From positions 3,968,001-4,032,000 of the forward strand of contig CATNEN010000008.1 in the NCBI GenBank assembly GCA_950097015.1: 64,000 nucleotides of DNA. Direction: 5' to 3'. Below, piece after piece: positions 37,601-47,413 of the stretch; the stretch's first letter is position 1, and every line of letters begins with the position of its first letter. The position numbers and the translations under genes were made by a program. Under the pieces are notes generated by a model. That model did no database searches and was not told the origin of the DNA. It saw only the letters and a program-made list of their open reading frames with translations. This DNA comes from Macrostomum hystrix. Lineage: Eukaryota > Animalia > Platyhelminthes.

Positions 37601-40600
37601 CTGCGATTCTAACTGGGGCTTCCTGCTGCGATTCTAACTGAGTCTTCCTGCTGCGATTCTAACTGAGTATTCCTGCTGCGATTCTAACTGGGGCTTCCTG
37701 CTGCGATTCTAACTGAGTATTCCTGCTGCGATTCTAACTGGGGCTTCCTGCTGCGATTCTAGCTGGGCCTTCCTGCTGCGATTCTAACTGGGGCTTCCTG
37801 CTGCGATTCTAACTGAGTATTCCTGCTGCGATTCTAACTGGGGCTTCCTGCTGCGATTCTAGCTGGGCCTTCCTGCTGCGATTCTAACTGGGGCTTCCTG
37901 CTGCGATTCTAACTGAGTATTCCTGCTGCGATTCTAACTGGGGCTTCCTGCTGCGATTCTAACTGTTCCTGCTGCGATTCTAACTGTTCCTGCTGCGATT
38001 CTGGCTAGGGCTTCCTGCTGCGATTCTAACTGGGGCTTCCTGCTGCGATTCTAACTGGGGCTTCCTGCTGCGATTCTAACTGTTCCTGCTGCGATTCTAA
38101 CTGGGGCTTCCTGCTGCGATTCTAACTGTTCCTGTTGCGATTCTAACTGTTCCTGCTGCGATTCTAACTGTTCCTGCTGCGATTCTAACTGTTCCTGCTG
38201 CGATTCTAACTGTTCCTGCTGCGATTCTGGCTGGGGCTTCCTGCTGCGATTCTAACTGTTCCTGCTGCGATTCTAACTGTTCCTGCTGCGATTCTAACTG
38301 TTCCTGCTGCGATTCTGGCTGGGGCTTCCTGCTGCGATTCTAACTGGGGCTTCCTGCTGCGATTATAACTCAGGCTGTTCTCTTTAAAACAAGTTGTGCG
38401 GTCACAACAAAGATTTGTGCTACATTAAACAATGTATTGATCAAGAAATAAGAAAATAAATTGGAATAAAATCGAGAATTCATTCTAACAACAGGTTTTT
38501 CACGTGCATGACTTAATGGAATAAGCGGATGTAGATTGTATTGAGATAGCTACACACGACACTTAGTCTAGAAATTGAACATAAAAAAACTGCAGGACCT
38601 CACCTTCTGGAAAATTAATGGCGAAGGGATATAGTTGCTGAGGCTTTTGATTTTATTATCTGATTAAGAAAACACAATGAACTGTCAAAATCAATCCGAG
38701 AATGCTTACGCTGATCTCTCTGCTTTCTCAGAGATTTGTCTTCCGTCAGAGTCCGCTCGCAGCCGTTCTTCTCATTGAGCCAGTCCTTGCAGACAAACGT
38801 CTGCTCGATGCCAGTCAGCGGGCAGTAGATGACCACCTGGAGATGAATTGGTCAGCTTTCTTGATAGACTACTCAGTGTAGTAGCGCGCATGGGTTTCTA
38901 CGAAAAAAATAACTCATCTGAGTCTAACAGAAGATGAGACGGCTAAAACAGACTGCCATTCAGAGTTTTGTCCTGAGTTTTGACATTTTAATATCAGATT
39001 TTTATGGGACAACGATGCGCGTGGGACCTGACACCGCCCCGGCGCTAGCGCTGACCAACATTTTCTTAGAATGGTATTCTCCCGTCCTTCTACTCCCAGG
39101 GGCCCTAGGTTCCCTCATTTCTGGGCCTTCTCTCTCTCTCACACACACACACAAACACACTGTCTCTTTAACCCGGCCAATACAGTAGAGACTAACTCGA
39201 TCTCAAAGGGGGTCACTGGCAGAGCGGTTAACGCTTTTGCCTCTCGTACCTAAGGTCCCTGAGCTCGATTCCGCGGCGAGGCCACATTCATTTGTGGCGC
39301 AGCCGCGGAGAGAAGGCTTGGGGGCTTGTCGTGCAATATTCACCCTTGAGGGCCAACCTCCAAGGCACAGTGAGAGTGTACACTGCCTGACGATGAGAAA
39401 GTCAGGGCAGATGTACACACCTGTGTGAATGTGTACTTTCGTACAGTGTCCGTGTGCGTGTGTGCTCAGGAGGCAGCGAAATGGGCAGAATTGCCTCCTC
39501 GCTGGCTGCGGGTCTAGTAGTAGTGTCACCAAATGATTTGCGATTGCCCGCAGCCCTCCTGCAATTATTATTATTACTATTAACCCGATCTGAAGTAACA
39601 AACCGTTTCCAGGTGCCAACCAGGTCCGGGTCCGCTGTTGTCGTGCCCAATGTCCAGCTTGGTAACCGGGGACAGCATGTCCTGCAGGGTGATGGCGAAT
39701 CTGTCGATGCTGCCACGGTCGAACTTGCCGGCCTTCAGCCAGATTTTATCACTTCGCTTTGGCTTTTTGTCCTTTTTGCTCTCGCGGTGCAGCACAATGT
39801 ACACTCGAGACGACGTGCCGGCGTTGGTTCGATCGCTGGTCTTGACTCGAATGTCGTAAGACACATCGGAGCCCTCCTTGTAGGGACCTAGGCTGCTGCC
39901 GGAGCGAACTGGCAAGTCGCGGCAGAGCTTGCGGTCCCCCTCAGCTAGTGAGAACCACTGATAGCAGGGCACTTCGTACACTTTGGACATGGCCAGGTCA
40001 TCAATGATGAGCTTGTCAAGGTACCAGGATGCGGCGAAGCCAAGGTTATTGTGCCAGATGCGCACCTTGGTCAACGGGCCGAGTTCGCGACCTTTGCACA
40101 TGAACTCGTCCACCTGGATCGATTTTAGAAGGTTGCTATTTGAACAATCACCGATAGTCTATTTATGTACCATGCGAAGACCATTGTTAAAAGCAGCAGA
40201 AAATGAATCTAAAGGTACGGAATTGCGAATGCCTACCTGTCCTCGACCAAACGGTTTCTTATTCGACACTGGAACGCTCAGAGCGTAGTCAACTGACACT
40301 CCGGATTCGCCAAACAGTTTAATGAAAACATCGGCATCAGTGCCAGCTCCAGACTTGTTTCCAGTGAAGGCTGTGATTCGGTACGTTGTGGCCTTGGGCA
40401 CAGAAGCGGGGTCTTTGCCGCCCAGCAGTTCTCGGACCACTTGACCGTCTCCCTGCCTACGAGACAGCCACTGTCCGCATGCAAAGTGATACTTCCACTT
40501 GGGGTGCTTGAGATCCGTCACGACCACCCGATCCAAGAACCAGTCGGGCGACCGGCCGGATTCGTCGTGCTGAACGCGGATCTTCTTCAAAGGCCCCACG

Positions 40601-42521
40601 CAAGGTGCTTTCAAAACGAAGCGCTGCGTTGAGTTTCTGCGAAATACCGGCTGCTCGTCGTCCGGCGACTTCAGCGCCAGCTTCCTGGTGATGCCGGTGC
40701 GACCATAGATGGTGATGAAGGCCTGAGAGTCTGTGCCGGCGCCCTCCTGATCTCCCGTGACCACCACGACTTCGTAGCTGGTCTTTGTGCAGCGTACAGC
40801 GAACAGCTCCCGACAGGTCTGTCCGTCCTCTTTGTAGAGCGACAGCCAATGGTTGTTGAGGAACATCCAGCTGCGCTTGGTCTGCAGGTTGGTGACCTCG
40901 ACGCTCTGCAGCAGCCAACTGTCGCGCTCCTCAATGCCCGTGTGCTGCGTGTGGTCAGGTTCGGATGAAGCTCACTCATGATCCCTGTTTAAAGAATGCT
41001 CAAGACAACTCAAAACAGACTTGACATCGGCTTTACCTCGATGGACACAGACTCCAGGTCACCCAGATCCGGCAGATTAAATCGAAACGTCTGAGTTGAT
41101 CCGCGACTAAAGCGAAACCGGGCCCGCTTCGCTGTGGACGTCTTCTTAGCCAGACGACGACGGGACATGACGCCCAGGGTGCCGCGCATGGCGAAGTACA
41201 CGGGGGCGTCGGTGCCAGACCCTTTCGAGTCGCTGGTTGTGACCGACACCTTGTAGGTGAAGTCTCGGCGGAGTAGGGCCTCGGATCTAGATTGGCGGGG
41301 TTAGTCTGGTCGTCTGAAATCGAGGTCTCAGATGGAGCTCCTTTTTCCTTATTTGGTTTATCTGGACTTTGGTACGATTTACAGACTTCTAACAGAAGTC
41401 TGTAGTCTTTACTTCTTACAGATTTCTAATCAGGAATTTTCTAAAGGGGGTGAAAATGTTGACAATGTGTTGGAATCGTTGAATGTCTGGACATTATAAA
41501 GACGGTTAGTCTCGATAGGCTATCCAAATCACTTCAAATTTGTATCTTAATAATAAGCAAATAATTGCAGGAGGGCTGCGGGCAATGGCATATCATTCGG
41601 TGACACTAGACCCGCAGCCAGAGAGGATGCCAATTTCGCTTACTCCTGAGCACACAGTCACACAGGTGTGTACATCTGCAAGACGAGCCCCAAGCCTTCT
41701 CTCCACGGCTGCGTCCCAAATAAATGTGGCCTCGCCGCGGAATCGAGCTTAGGACATTGGTGCGAGAGGCGAACGCGCCAACCTCTCTGCCAACTGACCC
41801 CCGAATGTGCATCTTTCACGGGTTTATCCCTTGATCCATGCAATACCATATAAATGCCTCACCTGGACCTGGGCCTCAGGCCAAGTTGTTCAGCCTCGCC
41901 GTTGCGTCCAAACTCGCACCTAGTCGAGCAGACTGGCACCGCTCCACCAGCTGAGCTGGTAAACTTCCGATCGAAGTACTCGACAAGGTGCGGATCACAT
42001 AGTGCCGAGTAGTTGGCTAGCGGGGAGGCTGTCTTTGGGTCAGGGCCGAAACCAGCGTCAATGCGATGATTTGTGGACAGCCGCTCTGGGGGAGACAAAA
42101 GCTTATTGTTTAGAAAGGCCTATACTAGTGACTCGATCGTTACTAACTATTTTGATTCCATGCTTGATTGCTCTCACCTGCATACGGTAGCATCTTGCGC
42201 TTCAGAGACGGCGCCGAACCGCTGCGTCGCTGCTGCTGCTGCTGCAGGCTGCCCAGAGAGATGGCCGGGGACTGCGGCCGGAAATTGCTAACAATAGCAG
42301 CGCGACCCGACACCCGATGCTGATGTCCAGGAGCCTGCGGCGGCCGGCTCAGCACGTGACTAGCCCGGATGAGGTCGAACTCGTCAACCCGAGCGGCGGC
42401 TCCGGCCCCGCGGTAGGCCGGGCCAGTCCTGGCGTAGTTGGAATAATCCAGTTCTCGGGCTCCCTGCGACCAACTGGGCTCAGTGGTTGGGTGGAAACTG
42501 CCGTTCCTCTCCAGCAGGGTT
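22682..42521 (-). CDS. LOXHD1: LOXHD1-like multi-PLAT/LH2 protein, 17 PLAT repeats, about 2,740 codons recovered; 5' start unresolved; one apparent 1-nt frameshift
   Basis: Exons (minus strand): 42521-42178, 42085-41863, 41286-41037, 40944-40237, 40113-39604, 38836-38710, 36736-36338, 36251-36097, 34442-34282, 33660-33590, 33471-33278, 32318-32126, 31817-30357, 29158-28760, 28414-28238, 28163-28050, 27973-27304, 26822-26331, 26227-26067, 25943-24887, 23690-23499, 22866-22682 (TAA). All downstream phases are compatible except exon 28414-28238, which is 1 nt too long. Repeated YxVxVxTGDxxGAGTDAxV...IRIGHD...WFLDxV...CxxWL motifs. Confidence 0.9.
22979..23429. repeat. Two abutting 21-bp minisatellites (GATGAGACAGTGAGGGTTACA; AGGCGAGGCATTGAAGATTAC) in the last LOXHD1-like intron
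   Basis: Arrays at about 22979-23206 and 23222-23429. Confidence 0.95.
23800..24270. repeat. Unclassified dispersed repeat (longest copy)
   Basis: Core GGTGGACTTTCACGAAA...GGTTTGGGAGCT(A/G)TCGTGAAGTAGGCA recurs at about 6051-6165 (same orientation), 28565-28665 and 63440-63790 (inverted). The 63.4-63.8 kb copy aligns over about 350 bp. Confidence 0.8.
29235..29360 (-). mobile_element. Decayed second tRNA-derived SINE family (fragment)
   Basis: The minus strand reads TAGCCAGTGG (A box) ... GGTTCGATTC (B box) ... GAACAAGCAAGACACTGAACT. Related fragments lie at about 35325-35397 (-, GTTCGAATCCC...GTGTCTTTGAGCAAGACACTTAA) and about 56335-56375 (+). Confidence 0.6.
29978..30318 (-). mobile_element. 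SINE family A, copy 2, in LOXHD1-like intron
   Basis: Perfect 12-bp TSD AATCTCATGTCT at 29966-29977 and 30319-30330. Confidence 0.92.
32480..33145. repeat. Pentamer-based repeat (TGGTT / TGGTA / TGGTG)
   Basis: Direct reading. Confidence 0.97.
34558..34803. repeat. 62-bp tandem repeat, 4 copies
   Basis: CTGGTAACGAAAATG starts at 34561, 34623, 34685 and 34747; the units are essentially identical. Confidence 0.95.
36768..38366. repeat. 25-bp minisatellite (GCGATTCTAACTGGGGCTTCCTGCT), about 1.6 kb, with 21-bp deletion variants
   Basis: Direct reading. Confidence 0.98.
39207..39580 (+). mobile_element. SINE family A, copy 3 (full length, (ATT)n tail)
   Basis: Degenerate 14-bp TSD TAACTCGATCTCAA (39193-39206) / TAACCCGATCTGAA (39581-39594). 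Confidence 0.92.
41549..41803 (-). mobile_element. SINE family A, copy 4 (internal deletions)
   Basis: Degenerate 12-bp TSD AATTTGTATCTT (41537-41548) / AATGTGCATCTT (41804-41815). Confidence 0.88.
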
Positions 42522-44673
42522 CTATTCAAATTGGTCAGGTAATCGTGAGTTAAAATATTTTCTTTGGGGACTATGGAGTGCGAAATCACAATAAGCAGCC
42601 AATCAATAGATGACGGGCGGAATGGATAATAGAGGTGCAAAAAATAGAAGTACAACACTAGTAAACATCTCAGGACAGTGCAGAGATCACCGAATTCGAA
42701 CATAATTATACTCCGAAGCACGAGAACAGAGATTCTACGAAACTACAGGATAACAACAGGTTGCGATATAAAAAAGATAATTAAAATTATCGCTTACTTA
42801 CAATAGTAGAAAGGTTAATTAGCATTTCATCGTAAATGTACATGGTTTTAATTAAAATAACAAATGCATAACATTTGAGCATGCATTACAAATATACATA
42901 AAAAAACATTGATTTTCTTTGCTTGGCAACGATCGAGTTAATAATATGACTCAGAAGAGGAAGCGGTGAAATGCGTTAGCAGCAATTTACCAGGTGGAAT
43001 TAAAAAAGCATTATAAATATTACAGTGTTTCCATAATGCTACAGAGCACATGGAAAAGACTGCACACTTACATTGGATGGTTATCCATGTCTACCTGTGC
43101 CTTTCAGAAGGTGAAGAAAGTGTAAATGAGTATTATTAGCCATTAAGTAGCATCATTTCCTTTTCCCATGTTTTACTACATGGTTTGTTAGACAATAAAA
43201 ACACTTTTAAAGTTAATTTTCATATTTTCATTAATTAATACACAAATGCGCATCATTACTGTTTCGCGTCAAACAAAAAAATCACTTTCAGTTTAATAAG
43301 ATTATTGAGTTTATGCTATTTTTATTGCATATATTAGGAAAGAGATCCATATTGTAGTAATAAATAACAAGCAGTAATAATAAACATTATAAAATATCAA
43401 GTAATAAACTATGTTTGATGACATTTTCTAGAAATCTTACGTTTTTTATTATATTTTGCGTTTATAAATCATAAACACATCAAACCTAGCTTAGCTTGTC
43501 ACAACAAAAACTAAAGAATTTATAAGCTGAAATCGACTACAGTTATTATTTCCCTTTGAAAGAAGCGTTCTTACCTTTTAATGCCTCAGCAAATACATTA
43601 ATTTTTTGTGTATAATTTCAGACTTTGCCACTTACATTCAGAAGTAGTAAACGGTAAGAAATACGAAATTTTCTTATGTTAAAATAAGTACGTTGTTGCC
43701 TGCATCCTTTGTAAACAGTTGCGCATTAAAACAAAGTAGTAAGAAAACTACGAGACCCGTGAATTTTTAAATGCAAAGTTTATTAAAATGCAACAATATA
43801 TACACAATAAATAGTAATTATATGCGTAATGTGTAATGTACTCAATTACATAAACGACAAGATACCGAAGGCAGTGTTTTGCTTTGATCTAGAACTAAAC
43901 TAAAAAACAAAGAACACTTTTTCTTCTCAAACGTGACTGTGAAAAGAAACGAATGTAAACAAGGAACTAAAACAACCAATCGGACCAAGCAGAAATATAA
44001 TTAGCCTACAGCTTGGCCAACTGATTTATTCATGGAAAAATTATGCATAATTATCTTAATACACTTTAAACTGATTAGAAAGTGACTATAAAATTGAGTA
44101 AGTGACGAGATCACGAGTCATTTGACTGGATATATTGTGCGATCATGATAAATAAATGTAAATAAAAGGAAGATCAATACTTCAGGAATGAAGCTTTCTA
44201 TAATTCGTTGAAGCAACAAGTTTTGCAAGTTATATTAACAGAACAGAATTTGATCTGCTTCCAATAAAAAGTTATCAACAGTTTTATGTGAAAAACGTGA
44301 AAACTTCCTATTCGCGCAAGTGTATTTTCCGTGAAAATCTGCCTTTAATAAATTTTCCAAGAAACGAAGTGTCCCGTCCTTCTTTTTCTAGTGGTCCTTG
44401 GATAAAATGTTTTAACGGTTTTGCGAAAAATTAAATACAAATTTATTTGTAGCATAAAACAACTGCAATATATTGTTAATTAGTAAAATTCGTCATTCGG
44501 TCAATCATCAAGATTAAAGACTTCAATAAGGGGTTAGTTTTAGAATTCCGCTATATAATCGTATATATATTTATATTATAATAATATGTATAAAAAATTT
44601 AATTTATAAGTCAGCTTTAACTACTCAGACCTCGTAAAAAATTTTAAGTTGTCAGAAACTCGGTGGTTGAGGC

Positions 44674-45972
44674 TCAGCCACGGACAAAGAAGTCGCTGCT
44701 GCTGGCACCGACTAGAGCCGTCGGCAACACGGCGAACTCCAGCAGATGGCACACGCCCTGCTCTCAGTTGAGCACCATCGCCTCGCAGCCGACACCGCAC
44801 AGGATAGCGCACTCAGTAAGTCCACGAACCTTCAGACTCCGGAATGCCGGCGCATCCGGCTTGTTGATGCTGACCAGGGTCCGGTTGCCGGGGAGAAACT
44901 CTTCAGGTGGCAATGTTCGGTGCGACGAGACAATGCTAAATACGCTTGTAATTTGGCAACAAACAACACTACTCATTTTGCTGAGACCTGGACGCTGACT
45001 GGGGCGCTGGAGGGACAGCTCGAGGCGGCGCATACGGCTCTGATTCGTGCCGCATTCGGCGCCCGCCGCGGCCCTGGCAGCGAGACGACCGACTACCAGC
45101 GAGCGCGCCTGATGCGGCCTTCTGTCCTGCTGAGCAAGCGACGCCTGCGGCTTGACTGCACGTCGTCCTGCTGTGGACTCCGCAGGGACCGCGCAGGCTC
45201 GGACAGGGGCGACCGTCTCTTTCATTGACGCGCACGAGCACGCAGCCAGGCAGCCGCCATGAAGCATGTCTCAGAGACCTTGCCTTGAACAGCGTGATTT
45301 GACGCCCTCCCCATTTTGGATACTTTTTTGGTGCTTCTACTATTGTAATGTTTATTATTACAATAGACAAAGTTTTGAAAGGCCGCTTATTGATAGACCG
45401 ATCTCAGGCTACAGCTGTAAGCGGCTTTCAATGATTTTTTTCATTTCAATATGTGCCTTCCCTGATGCCTCCCTTCACTAAGTCGCACTCTCGCTGTACT
45501 GAGCCTGGACGCCTCCGATTGAACTCCTATCGACACATGCTTGATTCGGTTTAAATCTCAGCTCACTGTCATTGAAGGCGTAGCTCAGCTTCAGCACGAT
45601 GTTTCGGAAGTTTGCGCCGCACTTCTGGCTGGGATTTCCGCTGCAGCTTCGCAGACAGTCGGCGTCCGGAGCTCTGCCGTGCCTACCATAGGAGTTGCCG
45701 CAGAGGCACCAGTATATGGCCTGCAGACCCATGAACTCGTAGCCTCCCAGAGCGCAGACACCGGCGCAAAGCTCGTGTGTCATGGAGCCACTGGTCACCG
45801 CCGAATCCACCTGCTCCATGCTCGCGTCGCCAAGCCTGTTGAAGCCGAGGCTCTTCAGTCCATTGAGGTCCCTATCGCTCGCGGAATCCACGAAACAGCC
45901 GAGGCTTGTCAGCTGGATCTGGCGGGCGCGTGTCGCGGAGATCAAGCAGCTCCAGAGGACCAGAAGTCGCAT
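44674..45972 (-). pseudogene. Secreted WSC-domain + PAN/apple-like protein with an in-frame TGA (nonsense allele, pseudogene or readthrough)
   Basis: Exon 1 is 45972-45567: signal peptide MRLLVLWSCLISATRA and WSC pattern LGCFVD...MTHELCAGVC...FMGLQ..WCLCGNSYG..G.A..ADC...CSGNPSQKCG..FRN. The probable exon 2 is 44900-44674: ECAILCGVGCEAMVLN*EQGVCHLL...DFFVRG*, with TGA at 44764-44766. The exon 2 acceptor is inferred from phase. Confidence 0.75.
44983..45230 (+). mobile_element. Decayed RTE-like LINE ORF2 C-terminal fragment, antisense within the WSC gene intron
   Basis: ETWTLTGALEGQLEAAHTALIRAAF...RPSVLLSKRRLRL followed, after a frameshift, by VVLLWTPQGPRRLGQGRP. These resemble post-RT motifs of RTE-type LINEs. 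Confidence 0.65.
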
Positions 45973-46129
45973 CTCAGAAGCTACGATGCCAAATACGGAT
46001 ACGTGGTACCGTATAATTGCTAAGAATGGATCACTGCGCAGACAACTTGGCTGTGGTCAATGAAATTGAGTCCAGACAGCTATAGCCGCACTACAAATTT
46101 ACGGCTTGTACAAAAACAATTTCGTCACC

Positions 46130-46330
46130 TACAGCGCCTCTAACTTTTCTATGTGGGTGTAAGGAATCCCGTGGTGCAGCAGAGTGAGTCTGCTGAGCAC
46201 TGCCTCGGCCTCCAGCAGCTCGTCCGGTGTGAGACACTAAGTATTTAGAATGGTCTTGCGCAGTGACAGTTTGATGTGCTTCATCATTGGCCGCTTCCAG
46301 AAGCCGCCTTATTGCCAAGGTGCGCGTTCA
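46130..46330 (-). mobile_element. Decayed BEL/Pao-like integrase remnant
   Basis: The minus strand reads PWQ*GGFWKR then MKHIKLSLRKTILNT*CLTPDELLEAEAVLSRLT, resembling the BEL integrase core PWWGGFWER...LRK.L....LT..EL...EA.LNSRPLT. Confidence 0.6.
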
Positions 46331-47413
46331 GTACGATGCACTGCCAGCGATGATCTTACGTGCTGAAGAGTTTTGCGTGTTGATCAGACACACAAAACTC
46401 CCACTTCTAGAGAATGGGGAACAATTGCCTAGGAATTTATAACAGTCACGTGAGACTTACTGCAATTGCTTCTTGTTCCTTGAGTAGTTTGTAGTCTTCT
46501 GGTCTTCGAAAGCCGGCGGTTCTTATTCTCCTAGTACTGATCGACCGTGAAGTATCGGTTCTGTTGCTTCTTGAGTCTTTGTAGTCTTGTCTTCTTTGTT
46601 TTCTTGGAAGCTACTTGAGTTTGTCTGTTGGCCAATAAATGACGAGAGCGAATCAGATTACTTGTCGGTTTCCTCGAGCTCGGAATTCACAATAGAAACG
46701 TGCGCCCTAGTGAACAATTGAAATCTCTCTTGTGTCTCTCTAATAGGTCTTCTTCGTTACCTCCGAAAGATAACGGATAACTCAAATCAAATCAATCAAT
46801 AATCCTCTAGGAATGTATCCTAGGAAACAAGGAGGCCTTTCTCAAATGTATCGACGATAGGTGGCTCTCGTAAACTTAGTTCAATTCAACAACTATTGCT
46901 AGCAATAAATAACTCGGTCTAGTAAAGCGCTTACCACTTGTCTTTCCCTCAGAGATGAGTCCTCTTCTTCGTAAGATGTTTTGAAGTCCGGTGGACCGCT
47001 CCGAGTCTGAATTTTCAGCTCGGATTTTCGCTTGTATTTATAGTAAAATTTTGGGGAAAAACCGGTTCTACTACCGGGTGTTTACATTGGGCATACATGT
47101 TTGCACAGTGAGGTCAGACTTGTTTGATCAGCTGCGTTTTGGGGGTTTTTCAGGTGAACATTACCATATTTGGAATATTGTGTAAATACAGATGCAGAAC
47201 CCGATGAGTCATAATTGTTTGTTTTACCATATTTGGAATTCAAGCAAATACAGCTGTCAAGAACCGGTTCTCCGGTTTCATGTCACATGACTTGTTTCTA
47301 AAAATAGCGCATGACTCATTCCTAAAAATAGATTAAACGTTGTAGACATTACTTTAAGTAGCGCGTTAAGCAAAAGCACATTTTACAACTCTCTACAGTG
47401 CGGCGCAGAAATC

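Noticed and set aside
34558-38366. CRISPR-like arrays (regular 21-62 bp repeats)
   Set aside because: Units are contiguous with no unique spacers, there are no cas genes, and the context is eukaryotic introns.
39380-39420. Hammerhead core CTGA(C/T)GA in SINE family A
   Set aside because: The motif lies in the stem of a plain hairpin (CCTGAC/GTCAGG). No stem II closing pair or properly placed GAAA and cleavage triplet could be built.
39470-39560. HDV-like ribozyme in SINE family A: GCCTCCTCGCTGGC matches the HDV P3-L3 segment as I recall it, and GCGAAATGGG resembles J4/2
   Set aside because: The order is wrong (the J4/2-like motif is upstream). The P1.1 GG is absent, and the only good P1 partner (GCCCGCA) is downstream. 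The same bases are explained by simple local hairpins. An RNArobo/Infernal search would settle it.
44600-44766. Selenocysteine at the WSC gene UGA
   Set aside because: No SECIS-like ATGA...AA...GA stem is seen downstream, and the position is not a Cys position of the PAN pattern.
47330-47400. 5' LTR and primer-binding site for the Gypsy element
   Set aside because: There is only a TTTACAAC resemblance; the sequence does not align with the 158-bp 3' LTR and no TSD could be identified.
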